In this document: piece after piece, positions 7,789 through 16,702 of the stretch
Layout: each line of letters begins with the position of its first letter
How positions within the stretch are numbered: the first letter of the stretch is position 1
Source: a virus
Lineage: Duplodnaviria > Caudoviricetes
Length of the DNA stretch: 33,639 nucleotides
Direction: 5' to 3' (one strand)
IMG/VR virus record: IMGVR_UViG_3300013767_000197
Span: 1 to 33,639 of that record
Notes under the pieces: generated by a model
The model's database searches: none
What the model was told of the DNA's origin: nothing
Seen by the model: the letters and a program-made list of their open reading frames with translations, nothing else
Translations under genes and position numbers: made by a program

Positions 7789-9347
7789 TGGACCTCAATT
7801 TCCTCGAGCGATCCGTTGCAGCAGCCTTCCCGATGTGGGGGCTGAAGCGGCTGCATGCCAAGGCCTCGCTGGAACAGGCAAGGATTGCCGCGCGCGCCTA
7901 TGATGCCGCGCGCCGCGATCGTCGCACCGAAGGCTGGCGCGCGCCGGGCTCGTCGGCCAATGCTGAACTTGCGCCTTCGCTGAAGACGATCATCGGCCGA
8001 TCGCGGGACCTGACGCGCAACAACGAATGGGCCGTCAACGGTAAGCGCAAGTGGCAGGCGCACTTGATCGGCACAGGCATCGTGCCTCGCCCGGATGTGG
8101 CCGAAAAGCGAGCCAAGCAGACCGCGACCGATGCATGGAATGCCTTTTCGGACAATTGCGACCCGGAAGGGTTGACCGACTTCTACGGCATCCAGTCGCG
8201 CCTGATCGGCGAAGTCTTCGAAGGTGGGGCTGCGTTCCTGCGTTGGTATCCGCGCCCGTCCGAGATGGGGCTGAAGGTGCCCCTGCAGTGCGAGGTGCTC
8301 GAGCACGATTTCCTCGACACGCAGAAGACGGAGATCCTCAAGAGCGGCAACGTCGTGATTCATGGCGTCGAGTACGACAGCTATGGAAGGCGTGTCGCCT
8401 ATTGGCTGTTCAAGGTACATCCCGGCGAAATGTCGCTCGTTCGCGGCGTGGGCCTTCAGTCGGAGCGGGTCTCCGCTGAATTCTGCGACCACATCTTCCG
8501 GGTTGATCGCGCCGGCCAGGTGACTGGCGTGCCGTGGCTCGCCACGAGCATGCTGCGATTCCGCGACTTCGCCGACAAGGAGGAAGCGGATCTCGTCCGT
8601 CGCAAGATTGCCGCCTGTTTCACCGTCTTTGTGCGCCGCTCCGGCACCGGCCCGACCGGGGTTGCTCAAGCGGCCGATCAGTCGACCGACCACAAGGGCC
8701 GCAAGCTGGAGAAAATCGCGCCGGGCTTGATCGCCTATGTGGAAGGAGAGGGAGACATCACGCCCGCGACGCCGCCGGCCGCTCCCGATGACGGCGATAC
8801 CGAACGTCAGCAATATGCATTCGCCGCGGGCCTCGGCCTGCCGTTCGCCACGCTGACCGGCAACCTCAAGGGCGCGAACTACTCCTCATTGCGCGAGGGC
8901 AAGCTCGACTTCTGGACCGGGCTCGATCAGCTGCAGTGGCATATGTGTGTGCCGCAGATTGCGCGCCCTTCCTGGCGCCGCGTCATGCGAGCCGCCGCCG
9001 GCCGTGGCTTCCAGATTTCACCGGACCTCGCCGGCAAGTATGCGATGCCCAAGCGCCCGTGGGTCGATCCCGAGAGGGATCTGAAGGCCGCGATGCTTGA
9101 GTTGTCACTCGGTCTCGATTCCTGGCCCGAAATGGCCGCTGCTCGGGGCTTCGCCCCCGACGATCTGCTGGCAGAGATCCAGCAGTGGAAGCCCAAGCTG
9201 GAGGCGGCCGGCATCAAGTTTAGCGCACCGCCCGGCCAGCAGGCCGCCAGCGCGCCGGCAAATGACGGGAAGAACACCGGCAGTGACGGGAAGAAAGACG
9301 GCAAACCGGACGACGTTGTGACGGAGGAAGATGATGATCAAGCATGA
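7788..9347 (+). CDS. Portal protein, lambda family
   Basis: YDAA..RSRDLTRNN, GVEYD, GQVTGVPW, NYSSLR, WVDPERD motifs. Confidence 0.95.
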   Translation: MDLNFLERSVAAAFPMWGLKRLHAKASLEQARIAARAYDAARRDRRTEGWRAPGSSANAELAPSLKTIIGRSRDLTRNNEWAVNGKRKWQAHLIGTGIVPRPDVAEKRAKQTATDAWNAFSDNCDPEGLTDFYGIQSRLIGEVFEGGAAFLRWYPRPSEMGLKVPLQCEVLEHDFLDTQKTEILKSGNVVIHGVEYDSYGRRVAYWLFKVHPGEMSLVRGVGLQSERVSAEFCDHIFRVDRAGQVTGVPWLATSMLRFRDFADKEEADLVRRKIAACFTVFVRRSGTGPTGVAQAADQSTDHKGRKLEKIAPGLIAYVEGEGDITPATPPAAPDDGDTERQQYAFAAGLGLPFATLTGNLKGANYSSLREGKLDFWTGLDQLQWHMCVPQIARPSWRRVMRAAAGRGFQISPDLAGKYAMPKRPWVDPERDLKAAMLELSLGLDSWPEMAAARGFAPDDLLAEIQQWKPKLEAAGIKFSAPPGQQAASAPANDGKNTGSDGKKDGKPDDVVTEEDDDQA

Positions 9348-9987
9348 TCAGGAAGCCGAGCGGAACGGCGTAGTGATGATTCCGGCGATGCAGCGTGAAG
9401 CTCAGATCGTCGCGGGCTCGCTCAATGAAGAGGCTCGCACCTTCGAGGTGCTGTGGACTGCCGGCGCTGAAGTCCCGCGCATGGATTGGTGGACCGGCCA
9501 GCGCTACATTGAGGTGCTGGAAGTCTCGGAGAGGGCAATCCGTATGGATCGCCTTCAGTCCGGTCGCGCGCCCGTCCTGAACGCACATTCGCGCTGGTCG
9601 CTTGATGATGTCATTGGCGTTGTCGAGAAGGGCAGCGTGCGCATCGAGGGCGGCAAGAGCTACGCCAAGGTGCGGCTGTCGGCGCGCGACGAAGTCGCCG
9701 GCATCGTCCGCGACATCCGCGACGGCATCATTGCAAACGTCTCGAATGGCTACGTCACGCACGCATATCGGGAGGAGATGAAGGGCGACAAGCTCTATCG
9801 GATCGCAACCGATTGGGAGCCGAACGAGATTTCCTTCGTTCCAGTCGGAGCTGATCCTGACGCCGGACGACGGGCCGCGGCGTCGCAGACTTATCCCTGC
9901 AAGATTATTCGTGCAGCGCCTGAGGTTGTCGCTCCGGATCCCGCGGCGCTCGCGCGCATGCGCATGCGTCAGCTGTCCATCACCTGA
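9331..9987 (+). CDS. Prohead maturation protease (HK97-type)
   Basis: APVLNAH, IGVV, NVSNGY, WEPNEISFVPVGAD motifs. The start may be 9334. Confidence 0.9.
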   Translation: MMIKHDQEAERNGVVMIPAMQREAQIVAGSLNEEARTFEVLWTAGAEVPRMDWWTGQRYIEVLEVSERAIRMDRLQSGRAPVLNAHSRWSLDDVIGVVEKGSVRIEGGKSYAKVRLSARDEVAGIVRDIRDGIIANVSNGYVTHAYREEMKGDKLYRIATDWEPNEISFVPVGADPDAGRRAAASQTYPCKIIRAAPEVVAPDPAALARMRMRQLSIT

Positions 9988-10097
9988 GTTTCGCCGAGCC
10001 TGCGCTGATTGCGCAGCCTCAAGAGTAAGCCGCCTGCGCTTCACCGGGGCCGCAGGACGAAGGCGTATTGCCCCGGCCAACCAAACGGAGAGTTCAG

Positions 10098-11735
10098 ATG
10101 AACTTGAGCAAATGGGCGGCGCTGGGCCTTGTTTTCGGTCTCGTTGCTGCCATCGCCTACGTCACCCCCGGTGATCTGCTTGCGCATGCGCAGGCAGCGG
10201 CATCGGACCCGATGTCTATCTTCACTGCCAACGCTGCTCTGCTCGCGCTGCGCAACCAGCACGCCGAGCTGGTGCAGCGCGCCGCCGCCAAGATCGCCGA
10301 GATCAAGGACGGCATGCCGGCTGCTGACGTCACCCGCATCGAGGGCGAGCATGCCGATCTGGTCCGCCAGGTTGGCGAGGTGCAGACGCAGATTGTGGCC
10401 GAAGAGGCCCGGGCCGCCCAGCCTCCGGCGAACCAGCCGCATGCCTGGCCTGTCGACGACATCACCCGCATCAACGCCCGCGCCACGGCCTTCGGCCTTA
10501 CCGCGGCGGATGCCATTGCGGTGATGGGCGACGCCAACATCCGCACGGTGGAAGCGGCGACCGACCACCTGCAGAACCTGGTCGCCCAGCGTGCGCCGGG
10601 CCGGCAGCGTCCGCAGTCGCAGATCATCCGCGACGAGGGCGATACGATGCGCTCCGCCGTGGAAGCTGCCATCCTGCTCCGCGCCAATCCGCAGGCCCTG
10701 CCGGCGAACGCCCCCGAGCGTGAGCTGGCGCGCAACTGGCGCGGCATGTCGCTGATGGAAGCCGGCCGCATGTTCATCGAGGAGACGCAGGGCGTGCGCC
10801 TGCGCGGTCTCTCCAGGATGGAAATGGCGACCGTGCTGCTCGGGCTCGATACCCGCGCCGGCATGCACTCGACCTCCGACTTTGCCAACCTCCTGGCAAA
10901 CGTAGCCACCAAGCGCCTGCGCGCGGCCTATGAGAACGCGCCTCAGAACTGGAAGCGGTTCTCCCGGCAGTCCAACAGCCCGGACTTCAAGGCGAAGTCG
11001 GTGGTGCAGCTCTCTTCCGCACCGTCGTTCAAGCAGGTACGCCAGGGTGAAGAGTATCAGTACGGCGGCCTGACCGACGGCGTCGAGACCTACGCGCTCG
11101 CCACCTATGGCCGCATCATCGCGATCACCCGGCAAGCGCTGATCAACGACGATCTGTCCGCATTCGACCGTTTGCCGACCATGCTGGGTCGTGCGGCGGC
11201 CGAACTCGAGGCGAATACGTTCTGGTCGATCCTCATCAACAACCCGAACATGGGCGACGGCGTCGCGCTGTTCCACGCCAACCACGGGAATCTGGGCTCG
11301 GCTACTGCTGTCAACGAGGCCGGACTGACGGCGGCGAAGGCGGCGATGCGCAAGCAGAAGAGCCTCGCCGCGAAGGCGGCGGAGGCCGAACCGCTCAACC
11401 TGGTGCCGGCGTTCCTGATCGTCTCGCCGGACAAGGAGGTCGAGGCGCAGAAGATGCTGACCGCCGTGCTAGCGGCACAGACCTCGAACGTGAACGTGTT
11501 CCAGGGCTCCCTCGATCTGATCGTCGAGGCGCGGCTGACCGGCAATGCCTGGTATCTGTCGGCAGACCCGGCCCTCATCGACACTATCGAGTACGCCTAT
11601 CTCGAAGGCGAGGAGGGCGTGTACATCGAACAGCAGATCGGTTTCGATGTCGACGGCATCAAGATCAAGGGTCGGCTCGACTTCGCGGCCAAGGCCATCG
11701 ACTGGCGCGGCCTCTCCAAGAATCCGGGCGCGTAG
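10098..11735 (+). CDS. Major capsid protein (Mu gpT-like) with N-terminal scaffold region and hydrophobic leader
   Basis: HSTSDFANLL, PDFK, TYGRIIAITRQALINDDL, WYLSADP, IEYAYLEG, DWRG motifs; RBS GGAG 7 nt upstream of ATG 10098. Confidence 0.92.
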   Translation: MNLSKWAALGLVFGLVAAIAYVTPGDLLAHAQAAASDPMSIFTANAALLALRNQHAELVQRAAAKIAEIKDGMPAADVTRIEGEHADLVRQVGEVQTQIVAEEARAAQPPANQPHAWPVDDITRINARATAFGLTAADAIAVMGDANIRTVEAATDHLQNLVAQRAPGRQRPQSQIIRDEGDTMRSAVEAAILLRANPQALPANAPERELARNWRGMSLMEAGRMFIEETQGVRLRGLSRMEMATVLLGLDTRAGMHSTSDFANLLANVATKRLRAAYENAPQNWKRFSRQSNSPDFKAKSVVQLSSAPSFKQVRQGEEYQYGGLTDGVETYALATYGRIIAITRQALINDDLSAFDRLPTMLGRAAAELEANTFWSILINNPNMGDGVALFHANHGNLGSATAVNEAGLTAAKAAMRKQKSLAAKAAEAEPLNLVPAFLIVSPDKEVEAQKMLTAVLAAQTSNVNVFQGSLDLIVEARLTGNAWYLSADPALIDTIEYAYLEGEEGVYIEQQIGFDVDGIKIKGRLDFAAKAIDWRGLSKNPGA

Positions 11736-11751
11736 TAGCGGCGCGATGACT

Positions 11752-11785
11752 GCGGCGGTCCCGCTGGACCGCCGTTCCTCTTTTT
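11752..11785 (+). terminator. Probable terminator or attenuator after the capsid gene
   Basis: CGGCGGTCC-cgct-GGACCGCCG followed by TTCCTCTTTTT. Confidence 0.55.
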
Positions 11786-11812
11786 AACCCCCTCATCAAG
11801 AAAGGTCCTTCC

Positions 11813-12157
11813 ATGGCGAAGAACTTCATCGCGCACGGCGAACGCTTGGTCGTCGCTGCGCCCTACGATCGGCTCAGCGGTCAAGGTGCGAAAGTCGGTT
11901 CCGTTTTCGGCGTCGCCGAACATGATGCGCTCAGCGGTACCGACCTCGTCGTTGTCCTCGAAGGCATCTGGGAGTTGACGAAAACCGACTCTCAGGCGTG
12001 GTCCGTCGGCGCCAAGATCTACTGGGACGACACCAACAAGGCGGCGACCACCACGGCCTCCACCAACCTGTTGATCGGCGTTGCTGCGGAAGCGGTCGGC
12101 GGCGGCGCCGGGCTCACGCTCGGCAAGGTGCTGCTGACCAAGGCCTTCACGGTCTGA
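11813..12157 (+). CDS. DUF2190-family capsid cement/decoration protein
   Basis: MAKNFI..G, FGVA, GIWELTK, GAKIYWD, LIGVA motifs; follows the MCP. Confidence 0.85.
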   Translation: MAKNFIAHGERLVVAAPYDRLSGQGAKVGSVFGVAEHDALSGTDLVVVLEGIWELTKTDSQAWSVGAKIYWDDTNKAATTTASTNLLIGVAAEAVGGGAGLTLGKVLLTKAFTV

Positions 12158-12167
12158 GGCCAGCGCT

Positions 12168-12494
12168 GTGTCTGCATTCGACGGGCTCCCGGATATCTTC
12201 GTCGATACGCTCGGCGAGCCCGTCGTCTATACGCCGATCGCGACCGGTCTGCCGCTCACCATCGAGGCGATCTGGACCGAGCGGTCGACCGACGTCGTGA
12301 TCGGCGAGGGCGCCCCGGTCGATTCCATCCAGTCGACGCTATCGGTACGCGCTACGGATATTGCCAGTCCGGAAGAAGGCGACGTCGCAAGGCGCGTTGC
12401 CGATGGCAAGGAAATGAAGATTTCAACGCCGATCCTGCCGGACGGCAAGGGCCTGATCCGCTGCGCCCTGGTGGCGCGCGACTGCGACGATTGA
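12168..12494 (+). CDS. Head-tail joining protein
   Basis: Size and position; LGEPVVYTP, PEEGD motifs. Confidence 0.7.
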   Translation: MSAFDGLPDIFVDTLGEPVVYTPIATGLPLTIEAIWTERSTDVVIGEGAPVDSIQSTLSVRATDIASPEEGDVARRVADGKEMKISTPILPDGKGLIRCALVARDCDD

Positions 12495-12524
12495 CGAAAT
12501 CCCTGATCGAAAAGGACCATCGAG

Positions 12525-12959
12525 ATGGCGACCTATACCAAGTACAACCAGTTCATCGAGAACCTGGCCAACAAAATCATCGATTTCTTCGGCAACCAGG
12601 ACGTCTACAAGGCTGTCATCCATACGGATGCGCCGGTTGCCGCGACCGATGCGACGCTGACCGACCTGACCCAGATCGGCAATAGCAATGGCTACACGAC
12701 GGGCGGCTCGGATATCACCTTCAACTCGACGCGCTCCGGCGACACGGTAACCGCGACCGCGGTCGACGTCACCTGGACCGCATCTGGTGGCAACCTCGGC
12801 AGCTCGACGACGGGCCGTTATGTGTCGATGTATGACGACACCCCGACGTCGCCCGCTGATCCGCTGATGGCTTCTTACGATTACGGGGCGACCTTCACCG
12901 TTGCGACGGGTGAGACCTTCACCCTCGACTTCGGCGCCTCGCTCGCGGCGTTGGCCTGA
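12525..12959 (+). CDS. Putative virion structural beta-sandwich protein (acidic, Thr-rich)
   Basis: GYTTGG, DVTWTASGG, YDYG, GETFTLDF motifs of a type seen in phage structural regions. Confidence 0.7.
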   Translation: MATYTKYNQFIENLANKIIDFFGNQDVYKAVIHTDAPVAATDATLTDLTQIGNSNGYTTGGSDITFNSTRSGDTVTATAVDVTWTASGGNLGSSTTGRYVSMYDDTPTSPADPLMASYDYGATFTVATGETFTLDFGASLAALA

Positions 12960-12985
12960 TCTACTTTTTCCGAAGGGAGAGTTCG

Positions 12986-13231
12986 ATGAAAAAGGAAGTC
13001 CGTGACTCCATGGTCAAGCGCGTGCAGGGAGTTCACGCGGTATGGCCGAGCTTCGCCGAGATGCCTGTGGCTGAAGATGGCGGAGACATCGCCGTCGAGA
13101 TCCAGGGCGACCCCGGCGAAAACGCCAATTATGTTCGCGCGCTCTATGAGGTTTGCGCGAAGGCGCTGCCGGTTGGCCGGGCGGCAGGCGACCGCGCGAT
13201 CATCATCGGCAAGAGCGAGGCTTCGCAGTGA
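12986..13231 (+). CDS. Hypothetical protein
   Basis: RBS GGGAGAG; coupled to the next gene. Confidence 0.65.
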   Translation: MKKEVRDSMVKRVQGVHAVWPSFAEMPVAEDGGDIAVEIQGDPGENANYVRALYEVCAKALPVGRAAGDRAIIIGKSEASQ

Positions 13232-13614
13232 AGCCGCATTCGCTCGGAACCGTCGATCTCGGCGAACACCTCACGCCGGCGCAGAAAGCCGCCAAGCTCG
13301 GCTGGGCGGGGCGGCATGGCAAATTCGAAAAGGGTGTGGTCCTGCCGGAAACGCAGGTCGGAGCCTGCCCGCGCGTGAAGGTCGCGGACCTTCCGGAGGG
13401 CTTCCTCAAGAAGAACCACATTGAGGCGCTCGAGCAGAACCAGAAGATCGCCTCCTGCTGCCGCCACCCGGAAAACCACGAGGTCGAGGCGCGCAAGAGC
13501 CATCCCGATGAGGGGGCGCCGGATATCTACGTGTTCCATTGCACCTGCGGGCGCAAGCATCGGTTCTTCTGTGTCGGGATGCATGACGAGCGTCCGTTCT
13601 GGGATGCTGCCTGA
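13228..13614 (+). CDS. Hypothetical Cys/His-rich protein (possible metal binding)
   Basis: GTGA overlap; CCRH, FHCTCGRKHRFFC. Confidence 0.65.
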   Translation: MKPHSLGTVDLGEHLTPAQKAAKLGWAGRHGKFEKGVVLPETQVGACPRVKVADLPEGFLKKNHIEALEQNQKIASCCRHPENHEVEARKSHPDEGAPDIYVFHCTCGRKHRFFCVGMHDERPFWDAA

Positions 13615-14051
13615 TGGCGCTCTATGTCTATGAGGCTGCGACGGGACGGCTGGAGTCGTGGTCACTGGACGATGACGCGCCGGTCGCTGGCGCGGAAGAA
13701 TTGGCTGCCAAGGGGCTTGCGAGCATTGCCGGATTGGCGTCACTCGATGAAACCCACGCATGGGACGCATCGACCAGGGAAGTGATCGAGGTCGCGCCAC
13801 CTTACAAGCCGTTCATGATTTCGGTCGGTGTCTGGATCCTGCGCTTTACGCCCGAAGAATACGACGCGATCACATCCAGCCAGGACAAGCGCATCCGCTG
13901 GCTGCTCTATGCGCTCAACAACGCAGATGATGGGGCAGGTCGCAAGGTCATCGACCTAAATTCCAACACGGTCAAGAACGGCGTGGCCTATATGGAAAGC
14001 CTCGGCCTGCTCGCGCAGGACCGCGTTACGGCAATCTTGGCGACGGACTGA
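13614..14051 (+). CDS. Hypothetical protein, possible fibre assembly chaperone
   Basis: TGATG coupling; WDAS..LRFTPEE..IDL..GLLAQDRVTAIL resembles fibre-associated chaperones. Confidence 0.6.
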   Translation: MALYVYEAATGRLESWSLDDDAPVAGAEELAAKGLASIAGLASLDETHAWDASTREVIEVAPPYKPFMISVGVWILRFTPEEYDAITSSQDKRIRWLLYALNNADDGAGRKVIDLNSNTVKNGVAYMESLGLLAQDRVTAILATD

Positions 14052-14887
14052 TGCCGGGCGCATCTCCACTCGGTCAAGAGATCTGCAACGGAACGAGCGT
14101 CGGCGCGAATGGTGCCACGTCGCTGGGAACGTCCGTTTCTCCGAGCGCAACGGCCAACACAAAGGGCTCATATGCCCAGCTGGCGGCATCGACCGGAATC
14201 GATGCGTGCCTGATGATCGTGGAGGTAGCGCCGACAAGCGGGCTTGGTGCCTATAGTATTGATATCGCCATTGGCGGAGCGGGGTCCGAAGTCGTCATTG
14301 CACCGAACCTTGTGGTGCAGAACGCCTTCTCGCTGACGATCCCTCATGTGTTCGTTGTTCCCGTGCAAATTCCGGCGGGGACCAGAATAGCGGCGCGCTG
14401 CCAGTCGGCAACGGCGAGCGATTCGGCGATTGCTGTGACCGCGCAACTCTTTGCTGGCTCGTTCAGTCAGATGGAGGGTGCGGCCGGTGTCGAGGCTATC
14501 GGGTTCGTGTCGGCATCGACGCAGGGCACGACGATCGATGCAGGAGGAACGGCCAACACCAAGGGTGCGTATGTCCAGCTGACGGCTTCGGCGGCGAGAG
14601 ACTATGTCGGCTTTTTCTTCGTGGTCGACAACCTCAACGCCAATAGTTCGCTGAGCAGCAATGCGCAGTTGCTCGACATCGCAATCGGTGGGGCCGGGTC
14701 GGAAGTCGTCATCGAGCCAAATTACCAGATCAGGCGAAATAACTCCGGCATAGCCGTGCTTCCGCCGGTGTCCCCGATCTTCGCAGCGCCGATTCCGGCA
14801 GGAAGTCGCATCGCTGCCCGGTCGCAGAGTGAAACGAATTCGTCGCCGTCGCGCTCCGTCGGTCTCACGCTCTACGGGATTTATTGA
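14051..14887 (+). CDS. Tandem-duplicated beta-domain virion protein
   Basis: Two copies each of TANTKG(S/A)Y, DIAIGGAGSEVVI and IPAG(T/S)RIAAR(C/S)QS, about 135 aa apart. Confidence 0.75.
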   Translation: MPGASPLGQEICNGTSVGANGATSLGTSVSPSATANTKGSYAQLAASTGIDACLMIVEVAPTSGLGAYSIDIAIGGAGSEVVIAPNLVVQNAFSLTIPHVFVVPVQIPAGTRIAARCQSATASDSAIAVTAQLFAGSFSQMEGAAGVEAIGFVSASTQGTTIDAGGTANTKGAYVQLTASAARDYVGFFFVVDNLNANSSLSSNAQLLDIAIGGAGSEVVIEPNYQIRRNNSGIAVLPPVSPIFAAPIPAGSRIAARSQSETNSSPSRSVGLTLYGIY

Positions 14888-14890
14888 ACC

Positions 14891-15214
14891 ATGACGCTCG
14901 ACGATTCCGGCACCACGGGGGCGCTGACGCCCGGCACGCCTTCGACATTGTCGACGCGCACAAATCCCGGCGTCTACGCTGCGGAGATTGATTGCGCAAG
15001 CCTTGCTGCAGGCGAGTTTTTGACGGCGGAAATCTACACCAAAACGCTCAGCGGCGGCGCATCGACAAGGGTGGGTGTTGGGACTTGTTCTTGGCATTCG
15101 CGCGCGAAGAAGATCGTGATCGATCCGCTCGGTTCTGACATCGAGTACAAGCTGGTCGTGACGCAAACGGGTGGCAGCGGGCGCACCTTCCCGTGGAAGG
15201 TGCTGAAGGCCTGA
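14891..15214 (+). CDS. Hypothetical beta-rich virion protein
   Basis: Operon packing; C-terminal QTGGSGRTFPWKVL. Confidence 0.65.
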   Translation: MTLDDSGTTGALTPGTPSTLSTRTNPGVYAAEIDCASLAAGEFLTAEIYTKTLSGGASTRVGVGTCSWHSRAKKIVIDPLGSDIEYKLVVTQTGGSGRTFPWKVLKA

Positions 15215-15215
15215 G

Positions 15216-16397
15216 ATGAGCGGATCGGCCTGGTGGTGGTATTCCGCCGCACTCAATACCTATTCGCTGGCGGCCGGCAGCGGCACATATGCCCTGACAG
15301 GGCAGGCCGCGACCCTGAAGAGGGGATTGAAGGTCGCCGCCGGGGTGGGCTCGTATGGCCTCACCGGGACGGCCGCGGCGGTGGTGCATGCCTGGAAGGT
15401 TGGCGCCGGCGCAGGCAGCTATTCCCTTTCGGGCGCGGCTGCAACTCTCAGGCGCGGCCGCGTCGTGCAGGCAGCGGCAGGCTCTTACGCGCTCACTGGC
15501 GCATCTGCGAGCCTCAAGCATGGCTGGCGGTTAACCGCATCGGCGGGCGCGTACAGCCTGACCGGCGCGCCGGCGGGCGTGCTGCATCGCTGGAAGGTTG
15601 CTGCAGGTGCGGGCAGCTACGCACTGACCGGTGCGAACGCCACGCTGACGATCTCGGTCAACAAGACGCTGCAGGCCGGGGCAGGCGCCTATAGCCTCAC
15701 CGGTAGTGCCGCATCGCTGCTGCAGGCGCGGAAGGTGGCGGCCGGGGGCGGGGCCTATGCGCTTTCCGGGCAGTCGGCCTCGCTACTGAGGGGCAGGAAG
15801 GTTGCCGCTGTCGCCGGCACCTACGCGCTCACGGGCGCTGCTGCCACGCTGCGCAAAGGCTGGGTGGTTTCTGCGGTCTCCGGTTCGTATTCGCTCTCCG
15901 GCACGGCTGCATTGCTGTTGCGCGGCCGTCGGCTCGCGGCGGGTGCCGGCTCTTATCAACTGACCGGCGCGGATGCGACGCTGGGCCTGTTGTCGGCGAA
16001 GAGACTGCCGGCGGGTGCCGGTGCCTATGCGCTGTCCGGCAGCGCTGCGGGCTTGCTGCAGACGCGCAAGGTTGCGGCGGGGGCGGGGGCGTACAACCTC
16101 TCCGGCGCGCCCGCAGGCCTGCGGCGCGGCGTTCTGCTCGCGGCGGGTGGCGGCAGCTATGCCCTGGTCGGGAGCCCTGCGGGCTTCATGCGGACGTATC
16201 GGGTGCAGGCCGGCGCGGGTGCGTATCAGTTGACCGGTGCCTCCGCTTCCCTGGTGCTGCGGTCGCAGCGGCATATCGCTTCGGCGACGGCGTGGGTCAG
16301 ATCTACCGGTGGCGAGGCTGAGATCTCGATGTCGGGCGGGGACGTCACTGTCAAGTCGACCGGCGGGGACGCCGAAATCACAGGGGTTGTCGGGTGA
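15216..16397 (+). CDS. Ala/Gly-rich 22-aa tandem repeat protein
   Basis: 15 copies of G-[STA]-Y-x-L-[TSV]-G with a 22-aa (twice 24-aa) period. Confidence 0.85.
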   Translation: MSGSAWWWYSAALNTYSLAAGSGTYALTGQAATLKRGLKVAAGVGSYGLTGTAAAVVHAWKVGAGAGSYSLSGAAATLRRGRVVQAAAGSYALTGASASLKHGWRLTASAGAYSLTGAPAGVLHRWKVAAGAGSYALTGANATLTISVNKTLQAGAGAYSLTGSAASLLQARKVAAGGGAYALSGQSASLLRGRKVAAVAGTYALTGAAATLRKGWVVSAVSGSYSLSGTAALLLRGRRLAAGAGSYQLTGADATLGLLSAKRLPAGAGAYALSGSAAGLLQTRKVAAGAGAYNLSGAPAGLRRGVLLAAGGGSYALVGSPAGFMRTYRVQAGAGAYQLTGASASLVLRSQRHIASATAWVRSTGGEAEISMSGGDVTVKSTGGDAEITGVVG

Positions 16398-16702
16398 CGG
16401 ACAAAAAGATCGTTCGCGGCAGCACGATGTTTGTCGATGTCGTCTTCACGGACAAGGAGGAGCAGCCGATCGATCCGGCCACCGCGAAGCTGCGCATTGC
16501 CTATGCCGTCAATGGTGAAAGGCGGGTGAATGAGGTCGAATTGGTCTCCGGCACCAACCATACCTGGAGCGCATCGTGGGATACGAGCCCCGCCGATGCC
16601 GGCCCCGTCTTCTGGTTCGCCCATGCCAATGGATCGCCGACGGCGGCGACCGAGGGGCGCGTGATCATTGAAGCCAATCCGGCCAATCCGCAAGGCGCGT
16701 AG
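16394..16702 (+). CDS. Hypothetical Ig-like adaptor protein
   Basis: GTGA overlap; alternating beta-strand pattern RGSTMFVDVVFTD..IDP. Confidence 0.6.
   Translation: MTDKKIVRGSTMFVDVVFTDKEEQPIDPATAKLRIAYAVNGERRVNEVELVSGTNHTWSASWDTSPADAGPVFWFAHANGSPTAATEGRVIIEANPANPQGA

Noticed and set aside
11733-11738. Stop-codon readthrough extension of the capsid protein
   Set aside because: Tandem TAGTAG followed by a terminator-like hairpin argues against readthrough.
15216-16397. CRISPR-like periodic repeats (about 66 bp period)
   Set aside because: These are degenerate coding repeats with no invariant repeat or unique spacers, and there are no cas genes.
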